Notes under the pieces: generated by a model | Seen by the model: the letters and a program-made list of their open reading frames with translations, nothing else | Told to the model about the DNA's origin: nothing | Database searches by the model: none | Made by a program: the position numbers and the translations under genes | DNA from: Sphagnum compactum | Taxonomy: Eukaryota | NCBI GenBank assembly: GCA_965153455.1 | Contig: OZ234494.1 | Span: 4,092,001-4,156,000, forward strand | Reading direction: 5' to 3' | DNA length: 64,000 nucleotides | Part shown: positions 42,700 to 60,899 of the stretch, in pieces | How positions within the stretch are numbered: position 1 is the first letter of the stretch | Layout: the number at the start of each line of letters is the position of its first letter

Positions 42700-43625
42700 C
42701 ATCCTACTTGCCAAGAATTAAATTGTGCAATAAATAACAACATGTAAAAAATCTATAACCAATGTGACATCTAGCTCTATTTTTCCCACAAGTTCCTTAA
42801 AGGTCCTTTTCACGATGTCAAAGGCATTTTCTATGACATATTGTTTATGTTTTTTGTTATACAAGATCTCAAGACTTGAATGTTGTTGCCCTTCTTCATG
42901 TGGCGTCATATCCAAGGTAACAACAAGTATCCCTTGTCATGAAAAAGGTATGGACTAAAACCTTATTGACTTCCCCTTTCCATGGTGAACAATCCACTGC
43001 TCTGTGTTTGCTAGGGTGAACAATCCACTACATTGTATTTGCTTGTACAAACTAGACTTCCGCAAAATCCTAAAGTTGTTCACACTTCCGGGTAGACCAA
43101 CAAAAATGTCAATGAATCTATGTCTAACATCAACTACATCTTATGCGACAATGGAATATCCTCCAGTCTTATGAAAGTAATAGTCCTTAGCAAAAAACAA
43201 CTTTGGGTTTGGAAATGGTGATGTGTGCACTTGATAATCCATACCACTTTTCGAATTCCAACATCACATCTTCCATCTTTTGTCCCACGAGCCATGTTAT
43301 AAGACTTTTGAACACGATGTTCATAGATCTAACAACTTCACAAACAACAAGTCCAACTATGGATTTGCCAATTGCAAATTATTCATTACATGTCAATAGG
43401 TTTGAACCATGAAAGAGTTTGTAAATAACATAAACAACCTTAACTTCTACTAAGATCACAAACCAATACTTCGTATCTTTTTTTGCAATTAATGGTTTCA
43501 ATTTGTTTACGATGTCAAATAACATCTCCTTCAACATTTTGAAGTTTTGAATCCAGCGTTGGTCATTAGACTCAGTTAGTAAAAGCACGAAAAACTAGGT
43601 GGTATTGGGTGGCTTAACCAATACT
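42700..43625 (-). pseudogene. HARBI1/DDE_Tnp_4-like transposase remnant
   Basis: DQRWIQNFKMLKEMLFDIVNKLKPLIAKKDTKY ... DYYFHKTGGYSIVA*DVVDVRHRFIDIFVGLPGSVNNFRILRKS ... VIENAFDIVK. Confidence 0.85.
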
Positions 43626-45084
43626 TGGGATTTGATCCAAGTGTAAACATGGTACTTGATAATTACAAATTGTGCAAAACAAAATTCATGATGAAAGATT
43701 GCACATTGGTGTTGTCATCAATGAGATTAAAATGTAAAAATTCCCATATATCCCCACCATGTTGAAAAGCTTCAATGAGGATGATAACTATTCCCATTAT
43801 GACCACCCAATCCTCACTGTCCATGGTGATTTATGATGATAAAACCTACAACACAATAATAAATAAAAACAATAAGGCACAACACAAAAATCTACACTCT
43901 TCATAAATTTTGACAATTTGTACAAATGCAATATCAAATCATGTGCCAACATCTTGATTACAAGAACTCTCCAAATTTTAGCCCTAAAAACCTCAAGAAA
44001 CAACACCAGAAGAAAAAACAAAAGAGGGTAGTAGAGGAACTTAATGTTTAAAGAAAGAAGTAGTTGTTTGTAATTACAACAATGGTGGCAAGAAGGGATG
44101 AAGATTATACAAAAGAAAATCAAAATGCTTGTCGATGGTGAAGATAGGGAAATAGCCAAAACCTAGTTGCAAATTTTGTAAACGAATCTATAAACAAGAA
44201 AGTTGCAAACCATCGTTACAAGTTCTACAATGGAATATAGACATTTGCTACTACATCACAACTTGCTTGCATTGCAACTACAACATTGTACCTGCAAATA
44301 AATTTAAAAAAAAAAGAAATGCGCACAAAAAACAAGAAGTGTGAACAAAGTTTTAAAAAAAAAAACATGTTGGAAGGAGCTCACCTTGGATGTTGTTGAA
44401 GAGAAGTCATCGCAAGATTTGCCAAGTCATGCCATTGGAGAAGTGAAGCTTCGAAAGAAAGGTCGACACAAAACTATAGAAGGCAAAGTTGTGAAGGAAA
44501 GGAGAGCAAACGTTATTTAAGAAGCGAAGCTTCAAAAGAAAGACCTACATAAAATTGCAAAAGATGAAGTTGTGAAGGAGAGGAAAGTGAACATTGCTAA
44601 AAGAATCATAATTGCAAGTGTTGCGATTATGTGGTGTTACATTGTTGAAAAATTGAAGCTCCAAAAAAAAGACCGACACAAAATTGTAAAAGGTGAAACT
44701 ATGAAGGAGAGGAGAGCAAAGCTGCAAAAGTTCGAAGGTGACGACAACGATAATGGAGTAACTTCATAGCATCATTAAAGGTGGTGTGGCCACTACTTTG
44801 TTGAAAGGTGAAAAAGGTAAACTAACCCCTTCTTTAACGTCGTAGGTGAATAAGCTAAAAATAAAAAGATAGGAGGTGGGTAAAAAGCGGGCAGTAGCTA
44901 ACTTTAGGGTGATAGTTGGCATTTTTCTAAATGTTAGGGGAAAAATGGAAAAAAGGGCTACCTCCAAATGTGGCCCCACCTTGAGCTTGGTAGGGCAAAA
45001 GCCAAAATTTCCACATGAAAATTGATTTTATTTAAATGTGTGATTAGCAAGCCCCTTGGTTTATGTAATTAAATTAATTAATTT

Positions 45085-45345
45085 ATTTTTCATCAATTTT
45101 GGGATGTTGCTCAAGTGGTGATCATCCATAAGATGATTTAGCTAGATTTGGTGATAAGAAAATATGAAAGTAAAGAAAAATCTAGTATCCTTTTATAGTT
45201 TGGGCTCCTTGCTGGAACTTAGGATAGAATGTGGCAAATTGACTAAATATTATTATTATTTTCGAAATTTGGATTCTAAAAAAACTAAAAAAACACTAAA
45301 ATTTCTCCAATTTGAAAAAAGAATTTGCCAAAAGAAAAAAAAAAC
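45085..45345 (-). repeat. A-tailed SINE-like dispersed repeat copy (reverse)
   Basis: aattttgggatgttgctcaagtggtgatcatccataag is the reverse complement of the core at 2215-2252. Confidence 0.65.
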
Positions 45346-45761
45346 GCTGCCTTGGAATGATTTAACCTGCCTATGTGCGAGGTGAGCCCGTTCGATGGAG
45401 CCCTTATGAGCGGATCGTAGAGTTCTTCCGTAATCCGAGAACGACCTGCACTCAGGTCCTTTTTCAAAGTACCGCAGAGCTGGGATTTTTTCACTTTTTA
45501 TAAATAGTGACAGGCTGGCTGGTACCTTCCGCTGGTCCGAAGATCCCAGTATAGCCTGGCTGATACCTTCTACAGGTTTCAGCAGGCAGGTAAGGGAGCT
45601 GAAACTACAAAGGAAAAAATCCAGGGAGTGCTTTTACGTACGCGGGTAAGGGCTCCTTCGTACAGGTCCCGAGGTTCGCCACCAAGGTTCCCTAAAACCC
45701 CACCCTTCGAGAACGAGAGAGGAGGGTTTTTAGGGTTTAGGATTTTCTGCACATCCCGGAA

Positions 45762-48700
45762 ATGTGCGAAGAAAAAGGATCACAATTGCATGTGGTGTGG
45801 TGGTTGGCACTGCCAATGGAGTCGTGGACTTTGCGAACACTTCAACAGCAACTTGGATGGCAGCGGTATGGACTGGAAAAGATGGCGAACAGTGGTCAGC
45901 AAGGCCCATGGTTTTGGAGGATCCAAAAACTCAGGGCAAGAATTTCCAATCCAAGAACTGGAGTTCTTGTCTCTTCTTCTTCTTCTTCTTCATCATCCTT
46001 ATTTAGTTTCATTCATTTGGGTATGAAGACTAGAAAAAGAAGAAGAAGAAGAGGAGGAAGAACAGATTGTCGAGTCTTGAGAGGAGGAGATGGTGTTGCG
46101 CATGCTCATGTGAACAACAACAAAGAAGTAGTAACACCAGGTACTTAATTTTTTTTTCTTTTTTTCTTTTTATTTTCATGGCTCTTGGAGAACCCCACGA
46201 CAGAGGGTTTAGGGTTTAGAGTTCTCCCATCCAGAAGTTTTTCATGTCAAGAAACGTGTATGGGACCATTGTCTTTTTGTTTTCATGGCTCTTGGAGAAC
46301 CCCACGAGAGAGGGTTTAGGGTTTAGGGTTTAGGGTTAGGGTTCCCCCATCCAGAAGTTTTTCATGTCAACAGAACATGGATGGGACCATTGTCTTTTTG
46401 TCTGCATGTCTCTTGGAGAACCCACGAGAGAGGGTTTAGGGTTTAGAGGTCCCCCATCCAGATGTTTCTAATGTCAAGAAAACATGTATGGGACCAGAAC
46501 CCTGTGTTCACTCAGTCAGCCATTGAGTACTCATTTGAATCCATTGTTATCATCTTGAGAGTGGATGGTCATGAGAATGATGCTGACATTGCCAAAATTG
46601 ATTTTTTTTGAAAGTGGTTTTGGATCAGGAGCTGCAAGAGTCTCTAGCAAATTTGGTGAAAAGGTCGGCCAAGTTTTCCAGCTCTCCAGAAACTTCATTA
46701 CGGAATGGATGTTGGGTGAAGCTCATCTGTGGAGCAAGCTTTGAGGTGCATAATTCCCATTAGAAAAAAGTTCAAATCCAAAATTCCTGCCACCCTTGAG
46801 ACTTTTGTTTTTAGAAGGAGTATGTGAGATTCATTGCAAAATGGTTGTTTAGGGCTACTGATAAAGGATAAAAGGAAAATGGACCTGTTGATGTAGGGAC
46901 TAACATTTTAGATAATCTTGTTTTTTGGTGCTGCAAATGGTGTTGTGGCGTGGCAAATGTTGTTTAAGGGTTTTGTTTTTCAGTGACTTGAATTTTGTAA
47001 AGAAATTGGTTTATAACTGAAAGGAAATGGTGTTCGGGAGATGCAGGATTTAGCGGATATTCGAAATTTGTCTCTTGTGTACACATTTGCAGGAGGTAAC
47101 AGTGACACAACCAGGCTTCCAAATATTTTTATCTCATGTTTTCCTCTTAACCTGAAGTCAAAACTCAATCTGCATTGAGGTTTAGCTAGTCCATTTTGCT
47201 GTTTGATGTTTTTGTAGTTTGTCTTTGTGCCAACAAGCCCTGAGGACTTAGAGGTTCTGTCATACTCTGTGTTATCTTTTTTCCTGTGATTTGACAAGTC
47301 AGTGTTCATCAAAGGAAGTGCTTGTACGAAAGCTTAGCAGAATCCACATTTCCTGGTGCAGTGGATTGCATAGATTGTGCTGCAGATTCTGCAGTGGTGA
47401 CTGCAGTAATGGAGGGTGTTTCTACAGCCTGTTCTCTAGCTCTTGAGCTTCATCCTGCTGCGAGCATTGTAATACAAAGACCATGGATAATGGTCAGCAT
47501 CAATGATGATGAAGACCCGCATTTTAGAAAAGCTGGTGGGTGTGAAAGGATTTTATAGAACTTCAACTCTTTTATATTTCTTTGAGATGACTTGGATAGG
47601 TTACTTTGATTAGACTTGAGCTGATGGGCCACCTTTTGCTTTCTGCTGTTTTTTACTTAATTTCTTTGAAATTGGTGGATAAGCAATTTGGTGCTGAAAC
47701 TTTTGAATGACTTATTGAGTGATTGCCTTTCTCGTTGTGGGCTTTATGAACATGATGTTGAAACCCTGTATTCAATCTGGTTGCATACTTGGTACTGATG
47801 TATCAATCAGGTCCATGCAGAATTTGACTCTGCATTCTGCCCGGATGATTGCCCACGTCCATGTGAGCGGGTGTGCCCAGCCTCAGCTATTGTGTTTGAC
47901 AGAACCATGATTGACCATAGTAGGGTTTTTAGCACAATTTCACACCAGGAAAACTCAATCAAATCTTCTGAAGACCATTCAGTATGTGCTCTAATTCACG
48001 AGAACTTGGGACTAAGAATCAGATGCTGCAGTAAATTTATGTTGTAAAAGTTTCTCTTTATTGTCTTGGAGTGGATACTCAGCTCATTAGACTTTTTAGG
48101 TTTAGGAGTGCATTGTGGTCTCATTTTGTGTGTAAGAGAACATTTCTTCACCTTTCCACATCATAAATATCTCTAGAATTATTGCCATATTCTGTTGGGC
48201 ACAGCTAAAATTTTGTAAAACAATTTCTGCCTGAAGGTCTTACTCAGTAAGCTGATACCTTTTATCATCTGAGGATTGTCTGGAGGACTGATGCAATTTT
48301 TTGCAGGGAGGAGTAATAACTGAACGCTGTTATGGGTGTGGTCGATGCCTCCCTGTATGCCCTCTTGGCCTTATTAGTAAGTACCTCAGCTTTTGTTTTG
48401 TTATCCATTCTCAGAGCATCCCCAATGTTGCTCAGTATGTGACTGTGCACAATAAATCTGGATGAAGAAAAGTCAAAATATGCCAATTTGGCTCATCAAA
48501 ATGGTTTTGGCCAAGCATTTTTGCACAATTTGCTGAGGCTGGTAAAATGCACAGCCAATCCTAACACCTGCCAGAGAAGAGTGTGATAAATATGATCTAA
48601 CTGCTGCTCCCTGTTTCTGATTGGCCAATCATAATGATTGGTCCATGTAGTTTGCTATTAGTAGTCTCCCACCTGTTTGCACAGTCTCAGTTTCAATTTT

Positions 48701-51700
48701 ATGGGCAGGGTTGGAGAAACGTAGTTCGTCAATAGCAACCACCTTGAAGAGAGAGTTGAGATTTAACTGGCCAGTTGCGCAGGCCTAATCAGGTTTAGTG
48801 TGCTTCACACAGGTGTAATTTCTGGTCCCTCATCTGTGAAATGACACTTTGCTTGATGTTTTTTGTGAAGGAGCTAGAACTTATGTAAGAGATTTGAAGA
48901 CAGTAGCAGAGCTATTACGAAGCAATAATGTTGATGCAATTGAGATACATACAGGATCTGGGTAAGGTAATCTCCGCTTGTAACTCATGCTATGGATTGA
49001 CTTTGCAAGTTTGCTCTTCCACTGGACCTCTGGCTTTCTCATGGATTGTTCTTTTGCGTTTTTCTTTTCACAATATACTGTCTCTTTTCTGGTTTCTCTT
49101 CCTACATGATTCAGACCTCTTTTCCTCTAGGATGTGGTTTGGGTGTGGCTTATTTCCACTTAAGTGAAATGGGTGGCTAACTGTACTATAAACAACGTTG
49201 GAGACTGATTCATTCGAACCTGAAACCCTAAATTCTCTGGGGCTAACAATCAAATCATGCATCACAGGCTTTATGTTTGATGAATGATTTGATGGACTGC
49301 TCAACTGTAGAAAACTTCATGAAGAGGACTGAAGTGGTGACCACTGTTTTTTATGAGCTGGGTTTTCAGCAGATATCTATATGTTGCAGGGAAAAGTAGG
49401 ATGGAGGTTGCTGTTGAATTTTTTGGTCTATTCCATCCATTGCTTTTAAAATACAAGAGTGTGTGCACAGTAATTAATCAGAAACTTTAGTGAAGGAATT
49501 TGAGAAACATTGACAATACAGATGATATTGCAGGATAACCTTTTGTGTTTTGTGTCTGGTAATGAGTATGGAGAAAATGTGATTGTTCATTACATGGAGT
49601 TGGGAGACATTGCAGACACTTGAGAAGCTTCGAGAAGTTGGTGACAGCTTTGGCACCATCACTGAGTTCTCTGAAGGTTATTGCTGTGAGTCTTTTCTGT
49701 TGCCTCAATATGTTGGATTTAATTTCAAGTTTATCCAGCTTTTTATCTATGGATTTAATCACAGTTGGGATCATAAGGTATCACAATTTGGGTGGGTTGA
49801 GCCAGGTGAGTGTGCCAGATTTGGGAGAATCCATGATTCCAACATTGACAGAAATGCATTCTGTATTGCTACCATCTCTACAAAATTTGAACCTTTGGCA
49901 GGTTGGTCTGCTACCTTTGTCTTATGGATTTGTTATCTGTGGACTGTGAAGTTTAGCTCTTTATCATATTGTCTTACATGCATCAAGAGGTTTGAGGCTG
50001 AGTAGTTGGTTTTATGAAGCTGGATGGACGACCCATGAGTGGGGACGTTGGAGCTGGTGCCACCCGGGCATCGGTTGCTCTTGCTTCTCGTTTGGTGACA
50101 TCTCCTGACTGCCCACCAGGTACGCTAGATGTGCCCCAAAGAACTGCAAATCAATTTTTTTTCTTAAGACATTGTACCTGACAACCATGCCCTGTACTAC
50201 TATAACATTATCATACTTTGCAGTGTTCACATCGTCATATTTTGTAGATCATTTCTGTGATGCATGTATCATTACTTCCAAGTTCTTTACTTTTGTTCTG
50301 TGGCCTATTGACGGAAGTTCTACCAACAACATCAGAAATGCTTGAAATTTCCTGTGCAGGATTTCTTCAATTAGCAGGTGGAACAAATGCTCACACAGTG
50401 CATGCATTGAAAAAGGAGGGGTTATTTCAATCTCCTAATAAACCAGGCAGGGATGCAGCAATTGCTGGAGTTGCTTATGGTGGTTATGCTCGCAAGGTAC
50501 ACCCGTAAGTCGTTGGGTCTTTCTAAGGAAAATGCTAAGTTTCCTATGTGTTTACCAGTGTTGGTCTGGTATATAGCAGTGATGGGCAGTTCTTTACTTT
50601 TATTAAGAACCTCTGGTTCCAGTTCTAAGAAATAAATTAGAACGGTTTTGGTTCCACAAATAAATGGAACTGGGAATCTGGGTCCAGTTCTTCAAATTCT
50701 TTTTTTCTGGTTCTAGTTGTTAAAATCAGACCTGGTTCCAGGTAACCTGGATTGGAACCAGCATTTAACCTCTGGATTAGCCCCTGGTTCTAGTCTTTTT
50801 TCCCCCCAAAGGTCTTGGTTCTGGTTCCACACATAACTAGAACTGGCAATCTGCTTCTGGTTATGGTTCTTCAAAAACATAAATTCCAGTTCTGGTTCCA
50901 AAAACCAGATCCTACTGGGTAATTGCTCAACATTGCAATATAGGCTTGTGCCTGGTATCAACGATGGTATCAAGGACCCTACCAGGCTGGTATGACCTGA
51001 GACAATACTCGCCTTGTACCAGCCTTGTACGGACCTCAGGTAGCACCAGCCTTGTACCAGTTTTATACATGTTTCAAACACCAGAGATACACCTGCCTGA
51101 TACCAGCCAAAAATCAGTCTTGAACCCAATATTAAGACCAGGCTGGTTTGAAAGGTCTGAAACAGACCCAATACCAGGATCAGGTTGGTATGAAAGTTTT
51201 GGAAAGTACCCAATACTTGGACCAGGCTGGTGTGAAAATTTCAGAAAGTATCCAATACCAGGACCGGGCTAGTAGGTCCAAAAGTTGATACCAGACCAAC
51301 ACTGGCCTTTTGTCTTCTTCCTCTCTCTTGAATCATAAGTAGCCTTGTTGTGTATTCTTACTTGCCATAACCTGTTGCCATTGCTGGCACTGTATCTGAT
51401 GTGAGTTGTGTAAGTTCAATTGCTAAATGCACTTTTTCTTTTCGCTTTGCTTAGATGTGGGATATCTGGTACCGATGGTGTATTTCTTTCCATCTCCTAT
51501 TGAAGGTTTTTAAGTGCCTATTCATAAAAGAAAAGGCAGTGCACCCAGCAAGTTCTTTCAGGAATGTTGCTAAATTCTCTTGGGGGAACTTTGTGAGGTA
51601 TGGAAACAGATTGTGGCAAAGTATCTTGAGAAGATGGAGGAGGAAACTGTAACACAGGAGTCCACTGATTCAATTACCAGGCTGGGGAATGAGTCTACGA

Positions 51701-51792
51701 AGCAACTGGAGCACTACCCTTCCTTGTTACTGGGTGCCTTACAAGAAGCTATTGCCTTGGTAGCTGGAGTAAAGGAGGGGCAACGCTCCTAG
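45762..51792 (+). CDS. ldpA: LdpA-like iron-sulfur protein (ferredoxin-type Cys motifs plus LdpA C-terminal domain), 12 exons, probable plastid transit peptide
   Basis: Exons ~45762-46140, 46615-46745, 47047-47095, 47362-47535, 47821-47981, 48307-48376, 48871-48961, 49616-49685, 49806-49901, 50020-50119, 50360-50496, 51610-51792. Spliced motifs: WVKLICGASFE, VDCIDCAAD, RPWIMVSINDDEDPHFRKAEF, CPDDCPRPCERVCPA, CYGCGRCLPVCP, DAIEIHT, WQLDGRPMSGD, QLAGGTN, IAGVAYGGYAR. The start codon is uncertain (45762 or a downstream ATG). Confidence 0.9.
46173..46496 (+). repeat. Three ~105-120 bp tandem units with embedded telomere-type repeats (LdpA intron 1)
   Basis: Unit catg.ctcttggagaacccacga.agagggtttagggtttag...ccccatccaga.gttt...atgtcaa...atgggacca. 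Confidence 0.9.
48454..48722 (+). repeat. ~270 bp dispersed repeat in LdpA intron 6 (other copy 12882-13150)
   Basis: Colinear similarity over the whole length. Confidence 0.8.
50555..51305. mobile_element. MITE with perfect 18 bp TIR, carrying a nested second element (LdpA intron 11)
   Basis: ccagtgttggtctggtat (50555-50572) / ataccagaccaacactgg (51288-51305). The inner ggttc-rich element at ~50577-50935 has imperfect TIRs cagtgatgggcagtt / aattgctcaacattg. Confidence 0.75.
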
Positions 51793-53174
51793 TGTATGGT
51801 CTCCTTTTGTATGTGGGATTGGAACTTGAAGATTTTTTTCGGTTTAGAAGTTCTTGTTGCCCCGCGTGTTGTTCCCAATAGTTATCTTGGTGGCATTCCC
51901 AATTTGTCTCCATGTTTTTGCTAAATTGTCTAGTGGAAAGGAAACTTTGAGATCCAATCAGTGCAGTCTCATAAACAGATGATTCTTGAACTCCTTATCC
52001 AAGAAGGAATGTGTAGGGTAAGGACTAAAAGACCAAGAATGAGGCTGTTCTGGAAATGCAGGCCCCACATGATGAGGAGGGAGTTGATCACGGGACCCAA
52101 ATTCCCAGGACAGCCCTATTTGAGGTCCTTAGTCCTTACCCAGTGTAAAGAATTGGTATAGTTTTTCTTTCATAAATGGGATGGCAATTAAATGGCTGCA
52201 ATTCATTTGAGATGAGAGGAGGAGCCCAGCGTTTAGGGTTTAGGGTTCAGGGTTTAGTGTAAGGTACCATCATCTTTTGAGGCAGAAATTTTCACAGAGC
52301 GGAATGTGCACTTGGCAAATACAGTATCAAAATGCCACTCGTTCTTTCTGATGTGATAAACGGGCCAAATCCTTTAGACCAGAATTAACCAACAGCCACT
52401 AGCATACCATGAGGGATAGATGATTCGGTGGAAAGGAAACATGGAGTAAAGTAGGGTTTATGGTTTTGGTCTGCTTTGATTTCTTTGATGTTTCGATTTC
52501 TCTTCTCTAGATTTAAATTCTCTAGATTTAAATTTCAATCCTCTAAATTTAAAATCATCAATTAAATTTTTTAATATTTATTTTGATTTTATTATTTTAT
52601 TATAAATTTAATTTAATTTTCAAATTTCAAATGTTGCATCATTGGTTAGCATCCCAAGAAAGGTTTAGCATGGCCACAGGTTTTTTTCAACAGTTAATAA
52701 TTAATATTAATATAAATTTATTAAAATTTATTAAAAAAATTTAAATTAAAAAAAAAAAAAACACTGACCAAACTAAAAGCCAAGTCCAAATGTGGTGAAT
52801 TGTTTTTTTTTTATAAAATGTTTTTTCTCTCCCAATTTAAAGATTTTTATTAAAAAAAGACAAAATGGGTATATTTTGACCAGAATATACCCTTTGAACT
52901 AAAAAAAATTCGCATTTTGGCGATATTCATTTCGCCAAAACAAGAAAAGAGGAAAAAACACGCTGGGTAACTCCCAACCACCCCTTGTCACACGGGCCTT
53001 TTTTCCTTCAATTGGAGCTCGACGTGGCCCCTTTCTTTGGCTTGCGCCCATGCCAGCCTTGTTGGCACATCTGTAGCCAATCACCGCGACTCAGCCCAGC
53101 TGTCCTATTCACACTTGTAGTAGGTAAGTCAGTTGGTCGCCCAGTTTCTAAGCTTCTGAAATCATCTACCAATT

Positions 53175-53700
53175 TTCGTAGATTTCAGGAAAGTAGCCGA
53201 CCAACAAGAAATGCAAAGCAGGAAAGGGAGGAAAGGGGCAAAATCAAACTCCAGAGTCCGCACTCGCCTGATCTACGACTGTGGTAGATTTCAGGAAATC
53301 AGTTCACCCACAGTAACTGATCTAGGAAAGGCAGCAAAGCGCAGGCGGACTAGGAGGAATCGCGCTCACTCGCCTGATCTACTCCTGGGTTAGATTTCAG
53401 GAAATCAGGTCACCCACATGAAATGCACGAGGAAAGTGAGCCAAGCGCAGGCGGACTAGGCATCGCACTCACTCGCCTGATCCACGCCTGGGGTAGATTT
53501 CAGGAAAGCAGCTAACGCACGGAAAAAGGCTCTCCTAGAAAAGGGAGGAAAGCGTAAAGCGGAATATACGCACACTCATTCGCCTGATCTACGACAGTAG
53601 TAGATTTCAGGAAGCAGCTGACGCACAGGAAAATACACAATGAAAGGAAGGAAAGCGCAAGTAGACTCCGGCGGCACACATTCGCAAACATCGCGAAGGT
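53175..53700 (+). repeat. GC-rich ~106 bp tandem array (about 5 units) upstream of SDH1
   Basis: tagatttcaggaa recurs at ~53179, ~53286, ~53391, ~53495 and ~53601, each of the last four preceded by tcgcctgatc. Confidence 0.85.
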
Positions 53701-53882
53701 GCTGCTGCGTTCCTGTTCCTCATCATGCATTCTTGCTGACAGCTTCTTCTGTAGCTGATGATCTTTCGGCTGAATGTGTGCGGTTCTATTGGTTACAGAA
53801 GCGATTGGATCGGCGGAGAGAAGAAGAAGGAGAAGGAGGAGAAGTTGTTGGGGGCAAGGATCGGTGAAGTAGGGTTTCAGAA

Positions 53883-58996
<5,114 letters not shown>

Positions 58997-60379
58997 GAAC
59001 TTCAGCTATGCTTGACCAAATTGGAAGTATGGCTGCTTGTGCAACTTTCTCTAACTGCAGGATCATCATAGGAACAAATTGAATATGGTTATGTTGAAGC
59101 AGGACATTTGAACAGATAAGGCCCCATATTTTGAGGGTGTTCATAGCTCTTAAAGAAGAACCAGGTTGCAATTGGGTGGACCTGGTTCCTATATATGTAA
59201 GGCGTGAACAATCTTTGTTATCATATCCTCAATTGGTCTGTCCTACAGATATATATGGAGGGCTAGAGTTTCCTCCCACTCTGCAGTCTGTGGAGCAGTT
59301 GCATGTTTAGTGATGACAATGTTTCTCTTCAGTGGTTGTTCTTTCAATAGAGTTCTGATGACTGCAATTGAAGCAGACTTCAGCATTGCTGTTTGGAAAT
59401 CTGGCTAATTGAAGGAATCTGGAGATCAAGTAATCTAGTTGGGATAATTGTTCTATTGAAACAGTTTTGCAGAGTTATGTTTGTGGGAACTGATCGTTGA
59501 ATCAACTTCTAGTTGCCACACCTCATTGTTTTCCATTGCGAGTGCTTCATTACAAGTTAAAGGACATCCTTTGTTTTCCCTTGCTCTTGTGACTTTGATT
59601 TGGTGGATAGGTGCAACTGCAAATAGTTTTGCAAATGGAAGTTTGGATCAGTGTTCATCCCAGTCTTCTCAGATGCTATGGAGCCTTGTTTGCGTTTCTA
59701 TCGTCAGGTCTCTGAATCCCTTTGGATTTGGAATGAATGGTTGACCTTGGATTGCCATGTTCTTCCATGTGAGGATTTTGAACCATGGTGGAAGGAATGA
59801 CCCACTGCTTTGGGGTTACCATCAATTTGGTTCCATTTCTAGTTTTGGTGCCCTTCTGCTTAGATTGATTGCGCTAGATCTTTGGACTTCCATTGTCCAA
59901 TTTTGCTTCGATGTTTTTTTTGTTGCATCAAGTGGACCTTTGGAACTTCCATCCATTTGACTAATTCTCTTAAGTTGGCTATCCTTGTCTTTTATGATTT
60001 TGATTTTAATCTTTACAAAGACCTCCCAGAATGAAGGTGTTGAACACCACTGTTGGTGCCATGATCACATTGAACATTGAGATGATTGAGGATATTACTA
60101 CATGGGGAATGAGTGCTTCAAAGGTGACATGTAGAATCGATGAGTGGATGGATCCTCAAAGTTTACTCCGATTAATGGTAATCGGTTGGTCTCTCATTGT
60201 TGCTTCTTTGATGTACATGGAAAATTCAATCAAATGCAAAATCGGTTTGGAACATTGTTCCAGTAGTAGAGGCTACTCCATCAACAATTCATGATTCATA
60301 TGTATCAAAGTTGCACTTAACAAATTTGTGGAAACAAGTGATTGCTCGGAAGCCTCACAAATGGAATTCATTAACATGG

Positions 60380-60665
60380 GTTTTTAAAAGGTGAACAACA
60401 ACCAATTAGTTGACCTTTCACATTACTGCAATGCATAATTTGCCATAGTGATGTTGCAGGTTTCAAAATTTTGGCATTGCCACTACATTAATGAAAGGTT
60501 TCATTGCTTATTATAAATCCAATGGCATAACAATCATGAAAAAACATGTTGAGATTGAATACAAGACTTTCATTAAGTACATTGAAGACCAAACCAATAT
60601 GAATGTTGTTCAATTTGCCCATGAACCAAACAAGAAGCAGACACATGTGACACCAAGTGTGCCAT
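60380..60665 (+). pseudogene. BED-finger-like N-terminal fragment of a hAT transposase
   Basis: QCIIC ... KGFIAYYKSNGITIMKKHVE; paralogous to the N-terminal part of the minus-strand remnant at ~61560-61780. Confidence 0.55.
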
Positions 60666-60899
60666 TTCTTGTTTTTTTTCTTTCTTTGTTGAAGATAATT
60701 CGTATTCAATGTCACATCCCACTTTCAAATTAAGAATGCTCATTCTCTTCCTTCCCTTTCCTAGATTTTTTGGTCTAGGTAATGGTTTTTTGTAAAACAA
60801 TCTAAATTTTTTTGCATTAACATTTTTCAACCCAATGGAAATTTTGTCGTCACTTCTAGCATATTAACAAGCCTTATAAAACATCACATGTCGAAAGTA

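Larger units (their letters stand above)
40350..44985. mobile_element. Decayed PIF/Harbinger DNA transposon with both ORF remnants
   Basis: Convergent Myb/SANT(trihelix)-like and DDE nuclease remnants. Degenerate candidate TIRs ccacacatgcaaaggtagc (~40361) and gctacctccaaatgtgg (~44957). Confidence 0.7.

Noticed and set aside
50713-51272. 166 aa and 108 aa ORFs
   Set aside because: They are translations of repetitive MITE interiors within an intron.
59750-60300. Possible retroelement remnant
   Set aside because: I recognised no RT, gag or endonuclease motif.
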